A stretch of DNA of 64,000 nucleotides, from assembly GCA_965279035.1 (NCBI GenBank), contig OZ257142.1, positions 3,712,001 through 3,776,000 on the forward strand. Reading direction: 5' to 3'. The notes below the pieces were generated by a model, which worked only from the letters and a program-made list of their open reading frames with translations, was not told the origin of the DNA and ran no database searches. Shown here piece after piece: positions 17,562 through 28,067 of the stretch. Source of the DNA: Bacteroidia bacterium. GTDB taxonomy: Bacteria > Bacteroidota > Bacteroidia > M30B66. The position numbers and the translations under genes were made by a program. Position 1 is the stretch's first letter. Every line of letters begins with the position of its first letter.

Positions 17562-17656
17562 GGGCGGTCGGGCAGGCTATCCGCTATAGTCCTCATCGTA
17601 TGCCATAGCCTCTGGCGAAGGCATACACTGCGGGCTGTCGCTTCTATCCTTACCGC
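17562..17656 (+). repeat. Dispersed composite hairpin repeat, copy 2
   Basis: GGGCGG...GGCTATCCGCTATAGTCCTC-GTATGCCATAGCCTCTGGCGAAGGCATAC-CTGCGGGCTGTCGCTTCTATCCTTACCGC. Confidence 0.7.
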
Positions 17657-17707
17657 TCGATTAAACTATCTAAAGCACGTTTAATTGTAATCTACTCGCC
17701 TATTGAA

Positions 17708-18469
17708 TCATTTCACTTTCTCCACTCCGATCATCACCCCAAAATCTCCATCCAAGGAGTTTTGCTTCTTTTCCGGACAATACATTCGAGATACAAAACC
17801 ATCTAAATACAAGGCATTACGGCATCCTTCGTTTTTAAAAAACAATGCAAAATCGTATAAATTAATTTCCTCTTTCGAAATAGCAAACAACACATTTCCA
17901 TTCGATAATAGTCCAACACCATTCCGAATATTTATATGGCTTGAACCTATTTTAAATTCAGGGTGAATTTTTCCATCAATCACCAACATAGGACCCGATT
18001 GTGTGGCAAATCGAATATTTGCATCTTGCTTAAAATCCTCCGTCCGACAAACAAGTGCATTTCGATTTTTCAATACATAAAAAACACCATTGGGCTTTAA
18101 ATAAAAATTTCCATTTCCCGATTTAGTATTCAACGATTGAATTGTTTTATATTCTTCAATATACAATCCCAAGGGAGACTGATCTTCGGTGTACATGCCA
18201 CCATTCATGGCAAATTGCAAGATTTTACCATTTAATTCCACCTTGCTTTTTAATTGCTGAATTGATTTTATTTTATTGCCTGCTGCATCTTTCCAATAAA
18301 ATCTCAAGTCTTGTTTTTGGGTATTTATTTCGAGAGAAATTATTCTAGAATCAGCATAATCTTTCACTATTGATGGAAAATCAAAACTTACCAAAAAGCT
18401 AACTAGAACAACTATCCAAACGAGTACGATAATATTCTTGAACTGATTAAATAAAAGATGCTGTTTCAT
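17708..18469 (-). CDS. Phosphodiester glycosidase family (YigE/DUF2233-like) protein
   Basis: FAMNGGMY, PLGLYIE, GNFYLKPNGVF, ATQSGPMLV, IRNGVG, ALYLDG. Confidence 0.85.
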   Translation of the reverse strand: MKQHLLFNQFKNIIVLVWIVVLVSFLVSFDFPSIVKDYADSRIISLEINTQKQDLRFYWKDAAGNKIKSIQQLKSKVELNGKILQFAMNGGMYTEDQSPLGLYIEEYKTIQSLNTKSGNGNFYLKPNGVFYVLKNRNALVCRTEDFKQDANIRFATQSGPMLVIDGKIHPEFKIGSSHINIRNGVGLLSNGNVLFAISKEEINLYDFALFFKNEGCRNALYLDGFVSRMYCPEKKQNSLDGDFGVMIGVEKVK

Positions 18470-18481
18470 TTTTCCATTCAG

Positions 18482-18868
18482 CTATTTAGTTTTCCCAACT
18501 CTCCAAGGTGGATTCATTCTATTTTCTCCAGCCGTGTAAAATATCAATTGATTACCATCTAAATCTTTTAAACGAGCTTCACGCCAAAGCCAAGGTTTAT
18601 CAATTGGCAATTCATCAAATCTAATTCCCTGAGTAATTAATTTAGCAACATATTCATCGAGATTTTTTAATTCAAAATACACCCAAATTCCATCTCCTTG
18701 AGGCAAGCTTTCAACGCGATGAAGCGATAGTGTAGAGCCTTTATCTGGACAAACAAATCGTGCATATTCAGGAATCGATTGAACAATTAATTCAAGTCCC
18801 AATGTTGAATAAAATGCAATAGATAGCTCTACATTCAAAACGGGAAGAGTTACCTGATTCAAATTCAT
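18482..18868 (-). CDS. VOC/glyoxalase family protein
   Basis: LNQVTLPV...SIAFY...PWLWREARLKDLDGN. Confidence 0.85.
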   Translation of the reverse strand: MNLNQVTLPVLNVELSIAFYSTLGLELIVQSIPEYARFVCPDKGSTLSLHRVESLPQGDGIWVYFELKNLDEYVAKLITQGIRFDELPIDKPWLWREARLKDLDGNQLIFYTAGENRMNPPWRVGKTK

Positions 18869-18871
18869 CTC

Positions 18872-21217
18872 TTAATTGTCTTTATTACGAATACACGATT
18901 TATCTCCGGGATTTAAATACGTACAAAAATATCCGCATTCCTCAATTACATCCTGATAATATTGAGTATCCGAAAAACTCGATTTCATTAAATTAAAATA
19001 AATGCCCGCTTTAAAATCTCCTTGTACATTCTCTTCATTGCCATTCACCAAATTATACTCGCCTTCTAACCATAAATTGTGTTCACACTTTGCAGCCATC
19101 CATGCACATTTAGCTTTAAATTCTTTATTCGGACTCCAATTCATCGCTTTTAAATACCAACGTTGTGCTTCTGCACAATCATAATAAGAAGACTTCTTGC
19201 GAGGTTCGTTATCGTACGATTCCAAATGATAGGTATCAATATAATCCCAATTTACTACCGTTGAAGAAACCGTACGTGCATTGCCATACCATGTCATATT
19301 ATACAATCCATTGGCATATAAAAACGCATTATTCGCTTTTTCTTGTGCATCTTTCGGACTAACTGTCTTATTACGTAATTCAAGCATCTTGATAGAAAAG
19401 CTTCTCTTGGTGTATTTTACTTTCTGAAACTTTTGATGATCACAATCGTGACAATCTTGAATGCTCATATTAAATGGATTTCCCAATAATTCATCATTAC
19501 CGCTAGTTGAATGTTTTTCAAAATAAGCATTCGCTAATTCAAAATTGTATTTATACATCTGCCCAACTGCTTGCACTTCATATAACTGCTGAATTTGAAC
19601 AGGATAAGAACCCAATAAAAAGTCCTGCAATGGTGTTTTATCGGGACGTTTCATAAAATCAATCATCAATTGTACTTGTGCTGAATCATTCAAAAAATCG
19701 AAATAATGATTCTCACTTAATTCCGACATCAGAGGATTGTTCATGCGCGTATAAATTCGAGACATTCCATTTCGGATAAAACGTTCCGTTGCTTCTGTTC
19801 TCAATGGATATCCATTCGATTGATAACCCGATATTTCTTTTAATTGTTGCAATAATTTTTCTTCATCAGCCGAAGTCATTTGATTAATCGATTCAACAGT
19901 TCGCAATGCTTTAATGATGTATAGTTGACGAGCTATAATTCCTTCTGCGCCTTTATCCGCAATGGCTATCCATTCGTCACAAGCGGCTGGTTTATTCGCA
20001 AGCCAATTTAAATATGCAGCTGATGTTGCCCACACATCCTTACGAACTGGAAAATTGCGTGCTGTGTTTTCGACAAATTCCAACAATTCGGTTGTGGCCT
20101 TAGTGGAATCAATACTTTTCCATGAATTAAATGCATCCGAAGAAGTTGTTTCTTCTCCTGTATAATCCGAATACATATAATCGTACTCGCTCATTTCAGG
20201 AACGTTTTTCAATAAACGTACTTCCGCTAAATTCACCGAACGAACCAATAAAAGATCTAATAAATTGGATGTTGGATCAATAGCAATAATTTCCCGCATT
20301 CCCTTTAATGGATCAGCATACACGCCGAATAAATGCCATAGCAAACATTTCTCTCTTGTCGTTTTTGCCATGGCCAACAAGGCATTCCAATCGGCTTCTT
20401 CCAAAGGATGAAAACTGGTAAATGCATCTATGCGATGTGGTTCATATTCATCATAAATGCGAGCATAAATAAAATTAGATTCTGCATAACGATGAAGCTT
20501 ATATAAGCAAGCTGCTTTATATCCCAACGTGCGATAAAACATACTTCCATCCACTGGTTCCATCTTTACATGCTCCTCATAAAAACGAACGCCATCAGCA
20601 TAATTCCCCAATAAATAATTCACACGCATTACTTGAAATGCATAGCGATTTTTAATTCTTTTATCTTTTTCCCCTTTCCAGCCTTTAATTAATTCGGGTA
20701 AAAGTGTTTTTTGTCTAAACGTATCTAATGGCGCTGCATTCCAAGAATAATATTCGTAAGTAAATGCATGCTCCACTTCTTTTGCTTTGCGCAAATAGCT
20801 CAAACCTGGAGCGTATTTCTTTGTATTAATTAGTTTAGAATAATTGGTAATTCCAGGATTCATTTTCCCATTCGTCATTTGAATCAAAGAATCAAGATGA
20901 ACAATGGGGCTTTTATGCACTAGATATTGAACCGATTCAAGAGAAATTAAATGATCAAAATACTGTTCCCATTCAGCAGCATTATTAGGCTCATTACTGA
21001 GATTTCGATCACCATCGTTGTATCCATAATAATTCTCATATGTGAGAAAAAAAGGTTCAAATTGAGAACTACTTATTATCTCAGGTGAAAAAAGCGACAT
21101 CTCAATAATGTCAATCGGATCACCACCTCCACATCCCATCATGGGTTGAGGAATGATAGGAATTAATAAAAAACTAATCGAAAACAGAATAGATATCTTC
21201 GAAAGATTGATTGCCAT
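18872..21217 (-). CDS. Large exported helical (TPR-like) protein of unknown function
   Basis: 781 aa; hydrophobic N-terminus then CGGGD; RYAFQVMR, DCHDCDH, AAKCE and ECGYF motifs; overlaps the upstream lipoprotein gene by 44 bp. Confidence 0.7.
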   Translation of the reverse strand: MAINLSKISILFSISFLLIPIIPQPMMGCGGGDPIDIIEMSLFSPEIISSSQFEPFFLTYENYYGYNDGDRNLSNEPNNAAEWEQYFDHLISLESVQYLVHKSPIVHLDSLIQMTNGKMNPGITNYSKLINTKKYAPGLSYLRKAKEVEHAFTYEYYSWNAAPLDTFRQKTLLPELIKGWKGEKDKRIKNRYAFQVMRVNYLLGNYADGVRFYEEHVKMEPVDGSMFYRTLGYKAACLYKLHRYAESNFIYARIYDEYEPHRIDAFTSFHPLEEADWNALLAMAKTTREKCLLWHLFGVYADPLKGMREIIAIDPTSNLLDLLLVRSVNLAEVRLLKNVPEMSEYDYMYSDYTGEETTSSDAFNSWKSIDSTKATTELLEFVENTARNFPVRKDVWATSAAYLNWLANKPAACDEWIAIADKGAEGIIARQLYIIKALRTVESINQMTSADEEKLLQQLKEISGYQSNGYPLRTEATERFIRNGMSRIYTRMNNPLMSELSENHYFDFLNDSAQVQLMIDFMKRPDKTPLQDFLLGSYPVQIQQLYEVQAVGQMYKYNFELANAYFEKHSTSGNDELLGNPFNMSIQDCHDCDHQKFQKVKYTKRSFSIKMLELRNKTVSPKDAQEKANNAFLYANGLYNMTWYGNARTVSSTVVNWDYIDTYHLESYDNEPRKKSSYYDCAEAQRWYLKAMNWSPNKEFKAKCAWMAAKCEHNLWLEGEYNLVNGNEENVQGDFKAGIYFNLMKSSFSDTQYYQDVIEECGYFCTYLNPGDKSCIRNKDN

Positions 21218-22199
21218 AACGTGCAGTATTTGCAGAATCTAAATGAAAAAACACGACGTGAAATGTACTGCTTTTCATGTATGGATTCACCTGCTCTGCT
21301 GCTCTTTTACAGATTTCGGGATTTATTTCTTCTACCCGCAATTCATCTCCTTCTTGAAAATAATCTCCCCTGAAAAAACAGCCTTGCATTGGTAAAAATA
21401 AACCAGCTGCTTGTTCTCGAAAAAGACCGCTTTTGCGAACATCGACTAAGGTTAAATTATTTAATATTGAAATCATATCACCCGGCTTCTTATGAACTCC
21501 CCACGTAAATATGGGCAATGCCACATCTAAAGGCAAAGGGTAATCTTCCACATATGTTACATAGCGAACAGCAATATCTGGATCGTAAATCGAATTACGC
21601 ATACCCGGTTCTTTCAAACTTCCCATGTTATAATACATGAGCATCCCTCGATCTACGGGAGGAATTCCTGTTTTTTGAGGATATTTTATTTGATGCAATC
21701 GAATCGTACAACTGATCTGCTTCGACGTTCCTGCCTGCTTTCTTAATTCGTTGATAAAAGCAAAAAACACCTCTTTATTCGCATCCGTCCAATCACAATC
21801 TAATTGTATTTCTTTCCAATGAATTCTTCGTAACGAAAGTGTTTGGGAAATCAACAGAAATACATTCTTTGCTAATGCTGGAATTTCTTTCGCCGGAATC
21901 TTATTGATCGATTCATTCGTGATATATACTACCGGAACAACTTCTAAAAAGGCGGGTACTGAATTTTGAAAACTCAACTTCCCAATGGGAACTGCTTGTT
22001 TTTTCGTTTCATCCCAACCAACATCAAACATCCGTAAATACAATCGATCATTCTTCAATTCTGATAATAAAGCGCTGTCTTCATTTGTAAATCGAAATTC
22101 TGTTTTCCAATAATAAAATGCCCGATGTACTTCCCTATCCGATGAACAGGCTTGCACAATCAACAAAAAAATCAGAAGAAATCGAATCATCCATTTCAT
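21174..22199 (-). CDS. Lipoprotein with GH18-like TIM-barrel signature
   Basis: Lipobox VQAC; AFYYWKT, LYLRMFDV, EIQLDCDW, MLMYYNMG, YPLPLDVALP. Confidence 0.65.
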   Translation of the reverse strand: MKWMIRFLLIFLLIVQACSSDREVHRAFYYWKTEFRFTNEDSALLSELKNDRLYLRMFDVGWDETKKQAVPIGKLSFQNSVPAFLEVVPVVYITNESINKIPAKEIPALAKNVFLLISQTLSLRRIHWKEIQLDCDWTDANKEVFFAFINELRKQAGTSKQISCTIRLHQIKYPQKTGIPPVDRGMLMYYNMGSLKEPGMRNSIYDPDIAVRYVTYVEDYPLPLDVALPIFTWGVHKKPGDMISILNNLTLVDVRKSGLFREQAAGLFLPMQGCFFRGDYFQEGDELRVEEINPEICKRAAEQVNPYMKSSTFHVVFFHLDSANTARYGNQSFEDIYSVFD

Positions 22200-22329
22200 T
22201 CAGCGAAAGATAAAATGCTCTGCACAAATTTCTCCGACAAAATTGACACGCTTCATGCATCCGATTTTTTAAAAACCTTTTCCTCCCTTGCCTGTTTCCT
22301 TCGTACTTTTATCGCCCGAAACCTGAACT

Positions 22330-22920
22330 ATGTCATTTGTCCCAACAACCGTGTACGCCGAATCAACGCCCAATCCCAATACCATGAAATTCGTGGCAAA
22401 CCGGCTTATCGTTGAACCGAATCGTATTGCTGAATACTTAAATGCGGAAGGTTGCGAAGGTGCACCTCTTGCTCAAGAATTATTTAAAGGTGGCTATGTG
22501 AAATCGCTATTCTTCAGCAACAATTTTGTTTCAATCACCAAAACAGATGCGCAAGATTGGTCGAGATTAACCAGTGCTGTTCGAGAGTTTTTGACCGATT
22601 ATTTTACCAAAGGACTTCCCGTTATTGAAAAATATCCCGAACAAACGAATCCTGTTCAAGAGACACAAACAGTTCAACCTATTGAAGGAAGTACCGAAGA
22701 AGCAATCATTGGGATTTTAGAAGAGTATATTCGTCCAGCCGTTGAACAAGACGGTGGAGCCATTACATTTCGCTCATACAACGATGGCGTTGTTACAGTT
22801 GCACTTCAAGGATCTTGCTCTGGTTGTCCTTCTTCTAAAGTAACACTCAAATCGGGTATTGAGAACTTACTGGTTCGTATGGTTCCGGGTGTTAAAGAGG
22901 TAGTTGCAGAAGAAATTTAA
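22330..22920 (+). CDS. NifU/Nfu Fe-S carrier (Nfu_N plus NifU C-domain)
   Basis: ESTPNPNTMKF; IRPAVEQDGG...GSCSGCPSS...LKSGIE. Confidence 0.92.
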   Translation: MSFVPTTVYAESTPNPNTMKFVANRLIVEPNRIAEYLNAEGCEGAPLAQELFKGGYVKSLFFSNNFVSITKTDAQDWSRLTSAVREFLTDYFTKGLPVIEKYPEQTNPVQETQTVQPIEGSTEEAIIGILEEYIRPAVEQDGGAITFRSYNDGVVTVALQGSCSGCPSSKVTLKSGIENLLVRMVPGVKEVVAEEI

Positions 22921-22965
22921 TTCCGATTTATTTTTTTACTCGGTGAGATTGTTTAGTTTCACCCT

Positions 22966-24654
22966 ATGAAAAACGGCTACACTTTTCTTAAGGGTTTGAT
23001 ATTGGCACTCGCCATTTCCCCTGTTTCTGCTCAAACATCCGCAATTCAAGTTGACACCACACTGAATTGGCAACAATGGATTCCAACTATTTTAGGAGGA
23101 AATTGTGTTCAAGTGAGTAATGTCACTTTTACGAATCAACCTGGCTCTGCTTCTCGATTTACTTCAGGAAGTGGAATAGGCTTAAGTCAAGGAATCGTTT
23201 TAAGTTCGGGTGCTTTAGGAGGCGACGTAAGTAACGACCCAACTTTTTTCTTAGGAAGCACTTTCCCTTTAGGTACGAGCGATCCTCTTCTTGAACAATA
23301 TGCTTTACAAGATTTAGGATACACAGGAAATACAACTTCTTTCGATGCTACTCGTCTTGAGTTCGACTTTACGCCACCAGCAAACCAAACAGTTACCATT
23401 CGTTTCGTATTTGCTTCCGAAGAATATCCCGAATTTGCTCCTCCTGTCAGCAATTTTTACAATGATATTTTTGGCTTTTTTGTCCGCCAAATCGACAGTA
23501 CCAATTATACAAACATTGCGATGGTGCCGGGAACAACACTTCCTGTAACAATCGGAAATATTAATGCCGTTACCAATTCTGAATTTTATTTAGAAACCGA
23601 TTCATTAACAAGTTTTGCTTTTGATGGATACACTACACCAATGACCGCTACCTTCAATTGCATTGGTGGCGTAACATATCATATGATTATTGCCATTAGC
23701 GATATTGGAGATAGCTATTTTGATTCGGCTGTTTTCCTTGAACAACAAAGTAATAGTAGTCAAGATGTAAACGGAATGGCAAGTACGCTTATCGGTCCAA
23801 TGGAACATGGAGATGCCGAACTGTTTGGATTCTCAATCAACCCAGGTGCTTTTCCAAGAATCGATAGTACAAGTATCGGAACGGGTGGAAATTTCAGTTT
23901 TCATAATGTAGAAGACGGACTTTACCTCATTCATATATTACCTGATACAAGCATTTATACCTTATCAGTGCCAACCTATTTCGGTGGAGCCTATTTGTGG
24001 GAAGATGCACAACCAGTTGCCATTGCTTGTGATGCTTATGCAACTAGCGCTTCTAGTTTAGTTATCAATACTGGTCCTGGAGGAATAAGTGGAACTATTG
24101 GAGGAAGTTCTGAAGGTTTCCGTCTACGCTCCGAAGACTTAATTCCGGTTCCAAACGTAAGTGTATTCTTACAAGATTCAGCAAGTACCGAACTTCGTGG
24201 ATATGCTCGTTCCGATGCCAATGGAATCTATCATTTCAACAATTTGGCATACGGTACTTATTATGTATTGCCTGATGTTGCTGGTGTTCCTTTGCTAGAT
24301 TACCGCAAAGTGGTGATTAGTCCTTCTAACCAACAAGTCGATTTGATCAGTTTCCAATTGACAATGGCTGGTGTATTAGATGTGATTGAAGATCCTACAG
24401 GAATTGAAGAAACTACTGTATCTGGATTTAGTATTTATCCTAATCCTGGTCATTCACTTGTTACTATAAACCAAACAAAAGATCAAGAAGCTGTTTTGAT
24501 TGTACGCGATTTAAGCGGTCGTGAGCAAATTCGTCAGTTAATTACTACTCGCCAAACAAGCATTGATTTGAGTTTACTCAGCGCAGGTGCCTATTTGATC
24601 GAATATCGTAATGCAAACAATCAAAGCGAATACGCTCGTTGGATTAAGGAATAA
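22966..24654 (+). CDS. Choice-of-anchor L domain protein with T9SS type A CTD
   Basis: GIVLSSG, DATRLEFDF, FVFASEEYPEF, NDIFGFF, FDGYT, DSYFDSAVF; C-terminal IYPNP...GAYLI. Confidence 0.85.
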   Translation: MKNGYTFLKGLILALAISPVSAQTSAIQVDTTLNWQQWIPTILGGNCVQVSNVTFTNQPGSASRFTSGSGIGLSQGIVLSSGALGGDVSNDPTFFLGSTFPLGTSDPLLEQYALQDLGYTGNTTSFDATRLEFDFTPPANQTVTIRFVFASEEYPEFAPPVSNFYNDIFGFFVRQIDSTNYTNIAMVPGTTLPVTIGNINAVTNSEFYLETDSLTSFAFDGYTTPMTATFNCIGGVTYHMIIAISDIGDSYFDSAVFLEQQSNSSQDVNGMASTLIGPMEHGDAELFGFSINPGAFPRIDSTSIGTGGNFSFHNVEDGLYLIHILPDTSIYTLSVPTYFGGAYLWEDAQPVAIACDAYATSASSLVINTGPGGISGTIGGSSEGFRLRSEDLIPVPNVSVFLQDSASTELRGYARSDANGIYHFNNLAYGTYYVLPDVAGVPLLDYRKVVISPSNQQVDLISFQLTMAGVLDVIEDPTGIEETTVSGFSIYPNPGHSLVTINQTKDQEAVLIVRDLSGREQIRQLITTRQTSIDLSLLSAGAYLIEYRNANNQSEYARWIKE

Positions 24655-24717
24655 AGTCGAATTCAATCTTGATAAATGAATATTTCACATTCCACTTCTT
24701 TGGATGTAAATTTCTAT

Positions 24718-24725
24718 TATCTTTG
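24718..24725 (+). promoter_or_regulatory. -7 promoter element (TATCTTTG) of yceD-rpmF operon
   Basis: TAnnTTTG match 23 nt before the TTG start. Confidence 0.55.
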
Positions 24726-24748
24726 CCCTCCCTTAAAAAAGCCCTGAT

Positions 24749-25294
24749 TTGGATTATTTACGTCAATTCAACGTCCAGTTCTCCGGTTTAAGCGAGGATG
24801 TCCATGAGTTTCATTATGAAATAAAGGACGAGTTCTTTAAGGAATTTGATAATGCTGTTGTGGATGGTGGCGACATTCAAGTTGATCTGGAATTAGATAA
24901 ACAGACCAATTTGATGACGCTGAATTTCCGTTTCGCGGGTATTGTACAGGTAATGTGCGATCGATGTGCGGCGGTAAATCCCTATCCGGTGGAAGGCAAA
25001 TCCCGCTTGATATTAAAGCTGGGAGAAGGTGACACACATGATGATGAATTGGTAATTCTGCCTCGAGGCGAATACGAGTACAACATTGCACAGCATTTAT
25101 ACGAAGAAATCTGTCTTTCACTTCCCTTGCGCGTTGTACCTTGTGAAGTGACTGGCGATACGAGTATGTGTGATCAGTCGGTTATTAATCGATTGGAAAA
25201 CTTGCTCGTTGATGAAATCCCTGAAGAAGGAGAGGAAGAAGCGATTGATCCCCGTTGGGAGAAATTGAGAAACCTCAACAAAGAGACTGAGTAA
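24749..25294 (+). CDS. yceD: DUF177/YceD 23S rRNA accumulation protein
   Basis: CDRC motif and DPRWEKL end; immediately upstream of rpmF. Confidence 0.9.
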   Translation: MDYLRQFNVQFSGLSEDVHEFHYEIKDEFFKEFDNAVVDGGDIQVDLELDKQTNLMTLNFRFAGIVQVMCDRCAAVNPYPVEGKSRLILKLGEGDTHDDELVILPRGEYEYNIAQHLYEEICLSLPLRVVPCEVTGDTSMCDQSVINRLENLLVDEIPEEGEEEAIDPRWEKLRNLNKETE

Positions 25295-25324
25295 GCATTT
25301 TTTTGAACGATTATATAAGAACCC

Positions 25325-25516
25325 ATGGCACACCCGAAACGGAAAATTTCGAAGACCCGCCGAGATAAACGCAGAACACACTACAAGGCTGAATTGCCTA
25401 CATTGTCGAAGTGTTCTACAACCGGAACGATTCACCTCTTTCACCGCGCCTACTTTGTAGACGGAGCCCTTTATTACAAAGGGAAACTAGTGGTTGAGGC
25501 TAAAACCAACGCCTGA
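25325..25516 (+). CDS. rpmF: 50S ribosomal protein L32
   Basis: [21 protein letters not shown]. Confidence 0.97.
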   Translation: MAHPKRKISKTRRDKRRTHYKAELPTLSKCSTTGTIHLFHRAYFVDGALYYKGKLVVEAKTNA

Positions 25517-25554
25517 TATTCCTGAGGTCTAACGGCTGAACGGGGAAGATATCC

Positions 25555-26499
25555 ATGCGCATCGGCCTCGATATCATGGGAGGGGATTTTGCCCCTCAGG
25601 CTACCATTGGCGGAGCTGCGCTGGCGGTTGATGCTCTTAATGCATCCTGCCGGCTTGTTCTCATTGGGGATGAGCCTTCAATTCGTACATCCCTACTTCA
25701 AGCTGGAGTTGATTCCAATCGTTTCGATTTTGTTCAAGCAACTGAAGTAATCGAAATGGGCGAAAATCCAACACGGGCTTTTACTCAAAAACCATTATCT
25801 ACCATCAGCACTGGATTCCGACTTTTAAAAGATGGAGAATTAGATGCTTTTGTTAGTGCAGGAAATACAGGTGCGATGTTAGTCGGATCTGTCCTTAGTG
25901 TGAAACCCATTGATGGAATTCAACGCCCATGTATCATGTCTCTCATGCCCAAAGAACATGGTGGATTTGGCATTTTGCTAGACGTTGGGTCAAACGCCGA
26001 TTGTAAACCCGAAACGCTCTATCAATTTGCACTCATGGGTTCGATGTATGCAGCTAATGTGCTCGGTATTTCCAATCCTAAAATTGGACTTATCAATATT
26101 GGTGAAGAACCCGAAAAAGGGAACGAACTTTCGAAAGCTGCATTTCAACTTATGAATACTACTTCCGATTTTAATTTCATCGGAAATATCGAAGGGCGCG
26201 ACTTGTTTAACGACAAAGCAGATGTCATGGTATGTGATGGCTTTACTGGAAATGTCGTTTTGAAATTGGCAGAATCCTTTCACAGCCTTTTCGCTAAACG
26301 TGGATTTTCTGATCCTTACCTCGATCGATTCAATTATGAAAACTATGGTGGCACTCCAGTTTTAGGAATCAATGCTACCGTAATCGTTGGTCATGGAATT
26401 TCCAATGCTCCAACAATAAAAAATATGATTCTTCTAGCGCAAGAGGTTGTCAGCGCTGGACTTACAGATAAAATCAAAGCAGTTTTACAACATGACTAA
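25555..26499 (+). CDS. plsX: Phosphate acyltransferase
   Basis: [44 protein letters not shown]. Confidence 0.95.
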   Translation: MRIGLDIMGGDFAPQATIGGAALAVDALNASCRLVLIGDEPSIRTSLLQAGVDSNRFDFVQATEVIEMGENPTRAFTQKPLSTISTGFRLLKDGELDAFVSAGNTGAMLVGSVLSVKPIDGIQRPCIMSLMPKEHGGFGILLDVGSNADCKPETLYQFALMGSMYAANVLGISNPKIGLINIGEEPEKGNELSKAAFQLMNTTSDFNFIGNIEGRDLFNDKADVMVCDGFTGNVVLKLAESFHSLFAKRGFSDPYLDRFNYENYGGTPVLGINATVIVGHGISNAPTIKNMILLAQEVVSAGLTDKIKAVLQHD

Positions 26500-27487
26500 A
26501 CTTCGCGCAGCCATTACCGGCGTCCAAGGATATGTACCTGAGTACATCCTTACCAACAAAGAATTGGAGAAAATGGTGGACACAACGGATGAATGGATTT
26601 TAACGCGAACTGGAATTTCTGAGCGCCACATCTTAAAAGGTGAAGGTTTAGGTGTTTCTGATATGGCTGTTGAAGCTGTAAAAGGATTGCTTGCTAAAAC
26701 CAATACCAAAGCAGAAGACATCGAAGTGGTGATTTTCTGTACCGTTACTCCTGACATGGTTTTCCCTGCAACTGCTAATATTCTTTCCGATAAAGTAGGA
26801 ATGAAAAACGCCTGGGGCTTTGATTTGGGTGCAGCTTGTAGCGGATTTCTTTATGGTTTAACTACCGGAGCCCGACTCATTGAATCGGGCGCTCACAAAA
26901 AGGTATTGGTTGTTGGTGGTGATAAAATGTCGGCCATTGTTGATTATACCGATCGTGCAACCTGTGTTATATTTGGTGATGGTTGTGGTGCCGTTTTATT
27001 AGAACCGAGTGTGGATGAAAACGGAGTGATGGATTCAATATTAAAATCCGACGGTTCGGGACGTGAGTATTTGCATCAAAAAGCGGGTGGTTCTGTTAAA
27101 CCTGCTTCACATGCTACCATTGATGCAAAAGAACATTTTGTATATCAAGAAGGGAAATCAGTTTTCAAATTTGCTGTTACGAATATGGCAGATGTTTCGG
27201 CTGAAATCATGGATCGTAATAATCTAACTGCCGACGATGTTGCTTGGTTAGTTCCTCATCAAGCCAACAAACGTATTATTGATGCAACAGCAAATCGTAT
27301 GGGAGTTGGAAGTGAGAAAGTGATGATTAACATCGAAAAATACGGAAATACAACCAGTGGAACCATTCCGCTTTGCCTTTGGGAATGGGAGAAAAAACTA
27401 AAAAAAGGAGACAACATTATCCTTGCTGCTTTTGGTGGTGGTTTCACCTGGGGAGCAGTTTGGATAAAATGGGCGTATAACTCCTGA
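26492..27487 (+). CDS. fabH: Beta-ketoacyl-ACP synthase III
   Basis: [23 protein letters not shown]. Confidence 0.95.
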   Translation: MTKLRAAITGVQGYVPEYILTNKELEKMVDTTDEWILTRTGISERHILKGEGLGVSDMAVEAVKGLLAKTNTKAEDIEVVIFCTVTPDMVFPATANILSDKVGMKNAWGFDLGAACSGFLYGLTTGARLIESGAHKKVLVVGGDKMSAIVDYTDRATCVIFGDGCGAVLLEPSVDENGVMDSILKSDGSGREYLHQKAGGSVKPASHATIDAKEHFVYQEGKSVFKFAVTNMADVSAEIMDRNNLTADDVAWLVPHQANKRIIDATANRMGVGSEKVMINIEKYGNTTSGTIPLCLWEWEKKLKKGDNIILAAFGGGFTWGAVWIKWAYNS

Positions 27488-27546
27488 GTTTGTCGCTTAC
27501 ATAATTTTATATATTTACCGCCTCATCACCCAAATACCGAATCTCT

Positions 27547-28035
27547 ATGGACATCCGGGAAATCCAGGATCTTATAAAATTTGTCGCCAAATCGGGCGTA
27601 AGTGAAGTATCACTTGAAACCGACGATTTCAAACTAACTGTTAAAACAGAATCTGCCAAGTCGGGCAAAGAAACAATCGTATATCAGGTTCCTGCCGAAG
27701 TGAGCGCTCCTGTGGCAGTAGCTCCTGCTCCTGTTTCAGCGGCTCCAGCGCCAGCTCCTGCTGCTGCAGCCCCTAAAGTGGAAGTGCCTTCCAATACGAT
27801 TACGATCAAATCTCCAATGATTGGTACTTTTTACCGTTCAGCTGGACCTGACAAAGCAGTCTTTGTAAATGTTGGTGACGAAATCGCCGAAGGCAAAGTA
27901 ATTTGCATCATAGAAGCTATGAAATTGTTCAATGAAATTGAATCAGATGTAAAAGGACGTATTGTTAAGGTATTGGTGGATGACGCCTCTCCTGTTGAAT
28001 ACGACCAACCTCTGTTCCTTGTTGAACCAGCATGA
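27547..28035 (+). CDS. accB: Acetyl-CoA carboxylase biotin carboxyl carrier protein
   Basis: Ala/Pro linker, SPMIGTFY, EAMKL. Confidence 0.97.
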   Translation: MDIREIQDLIKFVAKSGVSEVSLETDDFKLTVKTESAKSGKETIVYQVPAEVSAPVAVAPAPVSAAPAPAPAAAAPKVEVPSNTITIKSPMIGTFYRSAGPDKAVFVNVGDEIAEGKVICIIEAMKLFNEIESDVKGRIVKVLVDDASPVEYDQPLFLVEPA

Positions 28036-28067
28036 ACCACCGTTTAGACGGTTAAAACCTAGGTAAC

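Noticed and set aside
19438-19458. Heme c motif in the 781-aa protein
   Set aside because: The sequence is C-H-D-C-D-H (CxxCxH), not CxxCH.
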